From: Reclinomonas americana ATCC 50394
Taxonomy: Eukaryota
Direction: 5' to 3'
DNA length: 44,970 nt
Assembly (NCBI GenBank): GCA_048213135.1
Contig: PS015192.1
Span: 14,766 to 59,735 of the forward strand
Within the stretch, counting starts at the first letter, position 1, and the number at the start of each line of letters is the position of its first letter. This document shows positions 35,901 to 44,970 of this stretch, one piece after another. Position numbers and translations under genes: made by a program. The notes beneath the pieces were generated by a model. That model was not told where the DNA came from. It saw only the letters and a list, made by a program, of their open reading frames with translations, and did no database searches.

Positions 35901-37902
35901 GCAGAGATTGCAAAGTGATGAGGTCGAGGTGTGTCGCGCGCTCTGTGTCTCTGTGTTCCTACCTGATGCTGCGGTCTTGCATCGAGTGCCATGACAGGAT
36001 GCGGTTGCGCAAGAGGCGACCCAGCTGCGCGGACACTGGCAGTTGTCGCTGATCCAGAGGACGCAGTTGACGAATTCCCCGACGAGGAGCCCGACAGCGA
36101 TGATGATGCAGACGACGACGCCAGTGGAACACGCTGAGCAGGTCACGCCAAAATGAGTGCGATGCAGAACACAACAGCAGCCGGAGAAGCACAAACCCTC
36201 GAAGGCGACAGCGTGTGTGGTGTAGAGGGCAGTGCAGGTGGTGACGGAGCTCGCGGCTCACGACGCTGTGTGCACGGATCATACAGCGCAGTAAGTAACC
36301 GACACACGCAGACACTGCATCGCCATCACTCGCACCGTCTGCCCGTCACGCGCAGCTGTCGGTGGCTGTGACGGCATGGTCCCAACTAGTGCGCTGTACA
36401 TGTAGGCCTGTCCACCCGAAAAAGGTGAGGTGAGCAGCAAACAATATCACCTGTGTGATGGCATGCCGTACCTCGTCATGCACGGTGCGAGAGATGGCTG
36501 ACAACGGAATGCGATCTTCACGCGTCTCAGCAGAGGCTACGGTGACGCGTGTTGTCGTCTCAGTCGCTGCAGAGATGATTGTCAACAAGCAATTGGTGAT
36601 CAGAGTGCAGTCACTCAGGACGCAACTTTGCTGCAGCGTTTGATGTGCACTGCGAGAAACGGCAGTTCGGCTGCTTGGTAATACCGGAGACAACGACTGC
36701 AACGAGTCCAGCGACGAGGCCAGTCGTGTTCGCGGCGGCGTGTCCATGGCGGCCAGGCGAGCATACACGGACTGCAAATTGGTCGAGTTGTCGTTGGTCG
36801 ACACATCGTCGCTGTCGGCAAGCGTCGTCATGCGCTAGGCAAGCCAAGCAAGCGAGTTAGTTGCGCGTTTCCGGTGCACATAAACACCTGCAAAAGCAGC
36901 GACTCACCACCGGCGACCACTCGACCGACATGGAACGACTGGTGCTGGTGCGAGGCGACAAACGAGTGAGTGAGCGAACTGGCATCCCCTGGAGAGTGCA
37001 CACGCATACACACCTGTCAGTTGTGCCACTGATACTGCCGCTGCTGCTGTTGATGCTGCTGCTGCTGCCATCGACAAGGGAGTCGGGGAATATCTGTGCG
37101 GGAATCTCCGGCTCTGGCATGTCGTCGGGCAGTACAAACTCGACCTGTCGTCGCCGAGCAACAGACGGCGGCGAAGCTCGTAACGTTGGCGCCTCGTCAA
37201 CCTCCTGTGCAGCATATGGCGCAGATGCATCACGCGATTGCGAGTCCATCGCCTCGTGCGGAGAAGGTGCCGCCGCCAAGATGGAGTCCAGCGACCTGCG
37301 CGGTGCGCGTGTTGGCAGCCACGCAAGCATAGAGGCATCCATCCGCACACATACCTCACACTATCTTCGATGGCTGCTGTGCGTGCTCGCAGTGTCTCCA
37401 ACGTGGCCGCGTGCACACCGTCGACAGCATGTGACGACTCCAGCTCTGCATGTACCCGCACAATCGAGAACGCAGACTGGGGAGTAGGTGTAAGCGTGTG
37501 TCCCAGAGAAGAAGACATGGCGTGCGACGCGGATAGGCCGACATCAGAGCGATTGGAAAATGTCGAGGGCGACAGCTCTGACGTCGGCATTGTGTCGTGC
37601 CTGCTGCTCATGGTTCTGCTGATGCTGCTGTTGCTGCTGCTGTGAGGCGAGTGACTCGCCAAGAAATCCGCCGGTGGCGAGTGTGTGCCGCCGTCAATGT
37701 CCACTGGAAACGGTGAGGCGACGAGGTACTTGCCAATGTCGTCGTCATCGTTGGAGGGGGTGGGTGGTGTCGACGATGGAAAGTCGGCTCCAGAGCGTCG
37801 TCGCCCTGCATCCATTCAAGTGAGTCGCTTTGCCCGCAGCATTGAGCGTGATGCCGCGAGCTACTACGCAACACATGGGAGTGGCCTGCTGGCTGGAGGC
37901 AG
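32959..37902 (-). CDS. Long, intron-rich Ser/Pro-rich low-complexity protein with coiled-coil segments (possibly two genes; start unresolved)
   Basis: A succession of minus-strand coding-like exons flanked by GT-AG introns (e.g. RLMLQRKLEEKEAKLRALQVLQE; AQEQLRQAEERRMHYREDLY). Terminal exon ends ...PEYVWNYL-TAA at 32959. No domain recognised. Confidence 0.5.
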
Positions 37903-37975
37903 NNNNNNNNNNNNNNNNNNNNNNNNNNNNNNNNNNNNNNNNNNNNNNNNNNNNNNNNNNNNNNNNNNNNNNNNN

Positions 37976-38643
37976 CGGCCGCCAATGGTGTGCGAGTGGT
38001 GTCGGCGAGCAGTCACGTGACGGGCTGCGGGCCAGAGTATGTGCTCGACAAGCGTGAGGCGGTACGCAAGTCGGCAGTGTCTCTCGCGTTGCTGGCGATG
38101 CTCCGTCCCGCGACTCATCGTGTGTGCGTGTGTGTTTGTGTGTGCGTCGACAGATGCTGTGGCTGTCGGAGCACGGCCTTCCGCAACATCTGACTCTGGA
38201 TGTCTCCAGTCTCGAGTTCCTGGATCCACCAATTCGCGCTGTGGGCTGGTTCGTTCCAGCTGGTCTCCTCCTGTGCGTTCTTGGATGATCCTCGATTCAT
38301 CTGTCGTTGTAGGAGCTGCTGGCACGATTTCACGACCAATCCGCGGGTTGTCCATGTGCAAGCCTCGACAGATGGCGAGCGATTCGTGACCATTGCCAGC
38401 ACACTGTGTCCACTGGTCTGCCTCATCGCACGTGCTGCTTCGCTGCTCATTGCTGTTGCTCACGTGCACGCCAACGGCAGAGATCGGGGTCGCATTGGGT
38501 GCCTGTGGAGCTGCCGCCAGGGACGCACGCTGTGCGGCTGCTCATCGCAGAGACATTCGGTTCTGCACAGACCTACCTCAACCAGGTGTTCCTCTCCGAC
38601 GAGTCCCTCGAGTCGTTTGATGCCTCCGATCTGTCAGTGGTCT
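37976..38643 (+). CDS. Galactose-binding-like jelly-roll domain protein (IFT25/APC10/F5-8C-like), partial, between two gaps
   Basis: Spliced VRVVSASSHVTGCGPEYVLDKREA|MLWLSEHGLPQHLTLDVS...VGW|SCWHDFTTNPRVVHVQASTDGERF...|...VRLLIAETFGSAQTYLNQVFL fits the discoidin-like pattern (WxS..PQ.l.ld, S.DG..F, R.vRl.i). Confidence 0.65.
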
Positions 38644-38821
38644 NNNNNNNNNNNNNNNNNNNNNNNNNNNNNNNNNNNNNNNNNNNNNNNNNNNNNNNNN
38701 NNNNNNNNNNNNNNNNNNNNNNNNNNNNNNNNNNNNNNNNNNNNNNNNNNNNNNNNNNNNNNNNNNNNNNNNNNNNNNNNNNNNNNNNNNNNNNNNNNNN
38801 NNNNNNNNNNNNNNNNNNNNN

Positions 38822-39068
38822 TCGCCAGGTTGCGGATGGGTCGGCTGCTGCGGTGTGACGACGATGACGACGACAGAGACGAGGAGGACGACGATGGCGA
38901 GGGTGACATTCGCGATCGAGATCCATTCGATGGTGATGACGATGGCGGCTGCGAATGGGACGCGAAGGGTGAGAGGCGTGACGATCACACATACATACAT
39001 ACAGAGAGGGTGAGGAAGGATGAGAGCATGCGCAGCGCGTTGCGTACCGATCGACGACGCGATGACAT
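38822..39068 (-). CDS. 5' fragment of a Ser-rich hypothetical protein running into a gap
   Basis: ATG at 39068 (MSSRRRS...), an intron ending cattcgcag, then PPSSSPSNGSRSRMSPSPSSSSS.... Confidence 0.3.
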
Positions 39069-39389
39069 GGCGCGAAATCGAATCGAGTTGGGACACCTTC
39101 GTTTCTCTTGCTGATGATCGATGGAAAACGCTCACCCAGTGCGGCACCCTATGATCGGGGATGGTGCTGACGAGTGGGTGAGAGCGCAGCAGCAACAGCG
39201 CCTGCCTAACGACACGTTTTGAGACAGGAGCTTGAGGGGACGCAGCGCGAGGGACAACACTCAGGTTGCTCGACGTTTCGTCGTCAGCAGGAACGAAGAC
39301 TTCCTTTATGGAACCATTCCCACTCCCCTCGGTTACCACTACTCGTGCACGCTTTACATTTGTTGATTTCTCTCTTCTCTCTCATTTCC

Positions 39390-42300
39390 TTAGAAGCTCG
39401 TGCCACTGACGCGCACCACATACACGTTGTTGGCGCTGTCGGCGGTAGCAGACTGCACGCGAACATCGCCTTGCACCGCGGCGAGCCACTGGGCGCCGAC
39501 AGAGTTGCTGACGTGGAAAACAATAAGCGAGATGGGATCGGCGCAGAGGGGCGACACGTTCTGTGGACCGAGGCCGATGATGGCCTTCTGCATGGCGGCG
39601 CGCAGGTCGCTCTCCATCGACAAAATGTCCGCCAGCGTGCGGCGGTTGCCAGAGGCGTCGAATGTGGCGGCGCGGAACACGTCGATCACGCTGTCGCCGG
39701 CAGCCGGATACAGCGCCTTTTGAGCGTCGACGTTGGTGTCGATGCAGGCCACATCGACGCACGAGCCAATCAGGGCCAGGTACATCAACTGCGCCTGCTC
39801 GGCCGGGGTGCGCGCCGTGATGACAATGGTGGCCGATGCGCGACCGGCGACACGCAGTGCGTCCTTCACGACGTCAATAGCAGCTCCGGAATTGGACGAG
39901 AAGACCAGCGGGTTGGCAGCCGGGCCGTAGACGATGGAGACGTCGGAGAGAGCTCGTCGATTGCTCAGGGTGCCGCACGATGCAGCCGTCAGCTCGACCG
40001 TCAAGTTGGGCTGCTGGCGGAGGAGGCTGGCGTCGGTGAACGTAAAGACAGAGGTCGTGGAGACTGGCGCCGAGAACGACGCAATCGAGCTGGCGAGCGG
40101 ATCGCGCAGCGTGCTGTAGAACACCTGGACGGGAATCAGAGAGCCAGCAGGGTACTGGCTGTTGCTGGTCGCCGCCACCGTCAGACTGAAGCCTCCGAGC
40201 GCATTGTTCCAGCTGAAAGCACTCACAGTCGCCGGGCAGTTGACCTCCTCGATAAAGTCAATGTCCACCCACGAATCGTACAGCCCATCGCCGACATTGG
40301 CCACCCCAACGTCGAGTTGCACCACGTCATTGGCCAGCACCGGCAGCTCCAGCGTCTTCCAGCCCGTGTAGCCCGCAATGAATCCACCGACAATCGTCAC
40401 AGAGAACGCCGCCGGACCCAGTCCGTTCATGCTGGTCGCATCGACCACCTCCTGGCCCGACAGCGACGAACGCAAAAGCACACGGTAGTAGTCGTTGAAG
40501 CGGGATCCGAGGAAAGCCGGGTACTCGTGGGTAGTGAAACGGTAACGCACTTGTACCGACTTGGTGCCTGCAGCGACTTGGAACGTGCGCGAGAGCGTCT
40601 GCTCGCCCTCGACCGGGGCCGTGATCAGCTGAATGTCAAAGTCGGTGACGGCGCTCACTACACGCGGCGTGTAGGTGCTCGTGCTGGGCGCCTGTGGCTC
40701 GGGGCGCTCACGGGGCCGCCGGGGCTGGTCGCTGCTGCCACTGCTGGCGCTGCCGGTGTTGCCGCTACCGATCGGTGGATACGTCTCCAAGTGGCCACTC
40801 ACAGTCACCGGCGTTGAAGAGACCCAGCCCGACGAGTCGCCTGTCGACAGATCGTTGTTGGCAACCGTGCTCGGCCTCGCAAAGCCCGACATCAGAATCG
40901 TCACGGAATCCTTCGGCACGCCGCCGTAGAAACCGGTAATGGTCTTGTCCGACACGGCCGTGGCCCGAATGCTGATGGTGGTGGTCGGGATGTTGTCCAC
41001 CGACAACACACCCTCGTTGGTGGTGAAGGGACCAGCAGACACGCCATCCGCATCCAGCAGCTCGACCGTGACAACCACCGGACTCGTAAACAGGGCGTCG
41101 GACTCCAGGTCGGTCACCAGGCGAATCTCCATCGTGCGGTCACCGGCCCACACTGTCACGGTGTGCGTCACTGGGCGATTGAACGAATCCAGCTGGTTGA
41201 AGACGAAGCGGTTCTTGCCGGCCACCAGCGCCGACAAAAACTGAGACTCGGTCTCCGATTGCGACTCGGGGAAGGCAAACGAGTTGATGGCCGACGCATT
41301 CGACACATTGGTGCCGTAGTTGAGGAGTGAGTAGCCGCCAGCGGGGCGAGCAGCGGGGACGGCAAACTTGCCGCCTGACGCCAAAAATCGAAGCGGCGTG
41401 TCCACAGAGTAGAACGTGGGAGCGTCGACATTGGTGGTGATGGTCAGCAGCGCTGGAGGGACATCGGCAGGGTTGACGCGCGTGTCTGCCGCAGCCACAC
41501 AGGAGGCGAGGTCCACGCATTGGTTGTTGACAGAGTAGACCCTGCAGATGAGAGGGTAAGTAAATAAGAGTGAGTGAGTCTTGCATGCAAAGTGCGAGCA
41601 GAGAAGAGCGGACTCACTTCGGGAAGTTCTTGCACTTGTTCGTGTCGGGACGGCAGGAGCAGACGCGGCCACCGATGAGCGCATTGCTGCAAGTGCACTG
41701 GCGTGTGTTCTTGTTGCAAGTACCTGCGGTGGTCGTGCATGGTCAGGCGGCGAAAGGAGAGGGGTGAAAAACACCGCCTCCATAAAAACCATACGGGTAT
41801 CCGCAGTCGGCATTGGTGCGGCACACCTCGCCCTTGGACTCGTCCAGCGGACGAGCGGCCGCCGGCAGCGTGCCGTTCTCAGTGTACGCCACGCACTCGC
41901 TCAGATCCGTGCAGAGGCCGGCCGTGGCATACACATCGGGGAAGAGCGCGCAGTTGAGGTTGGCCACCGCGTTGGGCCGGCACTGGCAGAACTTGCCACC
42001 AATCAACGAGTTGCCGCACTGGCAGTTCCTGTGGTGCGCGAGGGTGAGATGGAGAAGAGAAGAGAAGGACGAGTGATTGAAGCGTACCCATTGACGCATG
42101 CACCCCACGGGCTGTTGCATTGCGCATTCGTGGTGCAAGTTGGTGGGGGTGGAGGTGGCTGCGGAGTGTCGACGGCCGCAATGCAGGTCGGCAGGTCGAC
42201 ACACGATCCACTGGCACTGAGGTAGACGGCGGGGAACGAGCGGCACTTGTTGGTTGAATCTGGGCGGCAGGCGCACGTCGCACCTCCAATAAGCGCATTG

Positions 42301-42578
42301 CCGCACACGCAGGCGCCGTTCACACAGGTCCCTGCGCGAGTGTGAGTGAGCAGAGAGAGAGAGAGAAGAGCAGAGAGAGCTCAGCGTGTGATCAAACCAT
42401 TCGGGGCATTGCACTGCGCATTGCTTGTGCACGGAGCTCCGGACGCCGCTGCGCACACAAGGTAAGCTCACTCTCTCACACACACACGCAAGGAGCGCCA
42501 GCAGCGAGATCACACGCAACAGTGCACGATGCCAATTGCGGAAACCAGCAGCAGGAGGACGACGACAGCGAACTTCAT
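39390..42578 (-). CDS. Secreted protein: signal peptide, three 10-Cys repeats, large beta-rich bacterial-like region
   Basis: MKFAVVVLLLLVSAIGIVH. Five introns are confined to the Cys-rich 5' part. The final exon 41541-39390 is uninterrupted and ends in TAA. Confidence 0.85.
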
Positions 42579-42908
42579 CGTTATTAGTTGCAAGTCGTGG
42601 GTGGTTCGCTCTCGCAGGCGAACAGTTAGGGAGAAATATGAAAGGAGAAGGGAACCGCTGCGGACGCTGGTTGTTCCGCCTGCGTCCGCTCTTTGTTGCG
42701 ATCGGAGAAATGTTGCTGTATCTTTTTATCGGATGCGCAGCAAAAAGCACTGGCTTGAGCCGGCAACTCCCTTGTGTTGTCCTCTACCACTGCAATTCTC
42801 GGTGTCCACCTCTCGTGAATGCAAGAGCGTGAGTGGTTGTCTGTCGGAAATGGTGTTATGTGAAGTTTCTGGCTGTCCCGTGCAGTTTCTCTTGCAAGAC
42901 GACCAAGA

Positions 42909-44017
42909 ATGAGCGCGGCTGCCAGTGAACCTCCTCCCCGACGCCGTCGCATCCTCCTGCTGCGACACGGCGAGCGTGAAGACGCAGTAAACCCCGAATG
43001 GAAAGCCACAGCCGAGTTCCCAGGTCACTCACTGCCAACTCCGCTCTCTCTCTCTCTCTGCATCACTCACACTCCCCCACTGCGCAGACGACCCACCGCT
43101 GACTCTGCGTGGCGAGGAGGCCAGTGGCGAGGCCGCGCTGGATGTGCTGGACTACTTGGAGAGCACGAGCAGCGAGGTGCTGCGCATTGTCTCCAGTCCA
43201 CTGCTGCGCACGCGACAGACCACCATGCGCGTGGTGCACACGTTGCGACAGCAGCTGGAGGCAGCTGCCACTGGCACTGGAGGCAGGAAGACACACTTGC
43301 AAATACACTGTCATGTGGCGCGTGGAGTGTGCGAGTGGCTGCGCCCACACTGGTACCCGCGGGGCGATCCGTTTGAGCGACTCAACCCGGCCACTCCTGA
43401 GACAGAGGTCTATTCACGTGGATGCATTCTTCGTTGTTCATTGCACCGCTGGCTGATAGGGTGATGGAAAGTACAGTATGGCATCGAGTGGGAGCCTCTG
43501 GAGGATCGGGTTGACTCGTTGGCCAACGTGCATCGCTTTCCCGAGACGCTGGCGGCCGAGTTTTATGCACGGACGGCGTTGACGGTGCGGACTCTGGTGG
43601 AGGCGTATCCTGGTATGCAGTGTGCAGTGTGTGTTGTTGATGCTGCTTCGTGCTTCTTACTTGTGGCAGATGACAACTTGCTGTTTATCACGCACGGAGC
43701 GTGCTTGGATGGCCTGGCGCATGGCTTGGTGTCGAGTTGCGTGCGCGCACACGAGAGGAGGAAGATGATGATTGTACTCATTCCATCCCCGTTGCAGATC
43801 TGGTGCCGGCACACTTGTACTGGGGACCGTTGCGTTGCATGCCTCTCGTCGACCTGTGTTCATGTCGCCCAGTCACTCACCGCCGCATGAACACAGCTAC
43901 AATGCCATTGCGGTCATTGACTTTGACGGGGAGCAGCATACGCTTACGCACCCCGAGGAGCCGTTCGTGCGGACCTTGATGCCGCACGAGAAGGAGAAGC
44001 CGAACCCGTGGAAGTGA
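42909..44017 (+). CDS. Histidine phosphatase (phosphoglycerate mutase-like, branch 1)
   Basis: RRILLLRHGERED; DPPLTLRG; IVSSPLLRTRQT; GVCEWL; LLFITHGA. Multi-exon; ends KPNPWK-TGA. Confidence 0.88.
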
Positions 44018-44358
44018 CCATGTTGTTTGCGTTTGCTTGTTGATGCACCTTGCAATAGAAGTACATCGCCCCTCTGCACGTCATCGAAGTCTCACACACG
44101 CACTGATACATTTCACGACTCATCATCACTTTTCTTTCGATCTGTCAACAACATTTCTTACAGGCATTGGGTTGCGGGAGATCCAGAGCCACGCACGCGT
44201 CACCGACGCGGCTTCACAGCGCAAGATACTCTCTCGCACTGCGGCTCCCCTTATGATCACCTACTCTGGAACTACGTACAGACACATACACATACACAAA
44301 CACAAACTCTCTCCATCTACCACCACCACCACACTATTTTTTCTCGTCACCCTCGGCA

Positions 44359-44932
44359 TCACGGCTCCCAGTGGCGGTCGTCAACGGAGCTCTCCAGCGT
44401 CATGCGACCGAGTTCCTTGTGGAGTGCCCCGAGCGATCGTGGGCCGAGTTCACTGCACAATCGCAGGATGGCACTGACAATGTTGACGTCGCGCGACTCG
44501 CACTTGACCACGCGCTCATCCGTGTCGGCCGAATCCATGTTGTGGTAGTACTCGCGATCCAGTGACATGTGCTGCGCCCGCCGGGAGGCCGCCGAAGGCG
44601 ACGAGAGCGATGATGAAGGGGAGGAGGAGAGGGGTACTCGGGCACCGGCGCCCGAGCCGCCGCCGTAGGCCGACACAATCGCCGCAATTGGTGCTGGCGG
44701 TACGGGCGGCGACGGCGGCAGCGACGGATCGCGACGGTGCTTTGATGATCTGGAGGAGGGGCTTCGGGTGCTGTGCTTGCGCGCGGTCGGCGATCGCACA
44801 TGAGCCGGAGGTTGTGGGATGGAGGCCAGCGGAGGTGGCGAAGGGGTGGAGGAGCGCGAGGATCGTGACGAGCGCGACGAGTGTCCGAAACTGTTGTGTG
44901 TGGCGTCGGGTGATATCGGCGGCGAGGTGTGC
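44359..44932 (-). CDS. 3' exon of a Ser/Pro-rich hypothetical protein that starts beyond the window
   Basis: Open frame follows a (CT)n polypyrimidine tract and ttgcag acceptor. Ends in a short helical segment VNIVSAILRLCSELGPRSLGALHKEL. Confidence 0.5.
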
Positions 44933-44970
44933 GACTGCAAGGGAGAGAGAGAGAGAGAGAGAGAGAGAGC

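Noticed and set aside
38840-38970. Apparent TM segment AAIVITIEWISIANVTLAIVVLLVSVVVIVV in ORF 38578..39339
   Set aside because: It is an alternative-frame reading of TCG/TCA triplet runs; the Ser-rich frame is more plausible.
39219-40817. Long antisense ORFs (39219..40817, 29069..30340, 5073..6320) as overlapping genes
   Set aside because: These are expected shadows of GC3-rich coding strands; the translations show no domain-like features.
1-44970. Alternative genetic code or frameshifting to explain the fragmented ORFs
   Set aside because: The breaks examined are explained by GT-AG introns. Genes end in TGA or TAA, and no in-frame stops were needed inside conserved exons.

Overview
Gene-dense, GC-rich eukaryotic (protist-like) draft scaffold with nine N-gaps, standard genetic code and many short (~55-125 nt) GT-AG introns rich in CA/TG and CT/GA microsatellites. 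The ORF track fragments nearly every gene, so the models below were spliced by hand and exact exon boundaries are inferences. About 20 protein genes are visible. Recognisable ones are a NACHT-pentapeptide-WD40 (NLR-like) protein, an ATF6-like membrane-tethered bZIP factor, condensin II CAP-D3, a ribonuclease-inhibitor-type LRR protein, a stand-alone mRNA guanylyltransferase, a UNC93-like MFS transporter and a histidine phosphatase. Weaker calls are an Nkp2/Cnl2-like and an RRM-like protein. The strongest candidate for an undescribed system is the predicted first exon of the NLR-like gene, MAPRHVMRLRGG|GCCVSR: a ubiquitin-tail mimic directly followed by a cryptic myristoylation/palmitoylation signal, suggesting deubiquitinase-gated membrane targeting. 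Other notable items are a secreted chimera of three 10-Cys repeats plus a 2.15-kb intron-free bacterial-like exon, a tandem pair of acidic/basic secreted proteins, a small PIP-box protein, 12-64 nt intergenic spacers and recurrent 'extra-T' 5' splice sites (GTTGCGT). No RNA genes, CRISPR arrays or transposons were recognised. Family assignments come from recalled motifs, not database searches.
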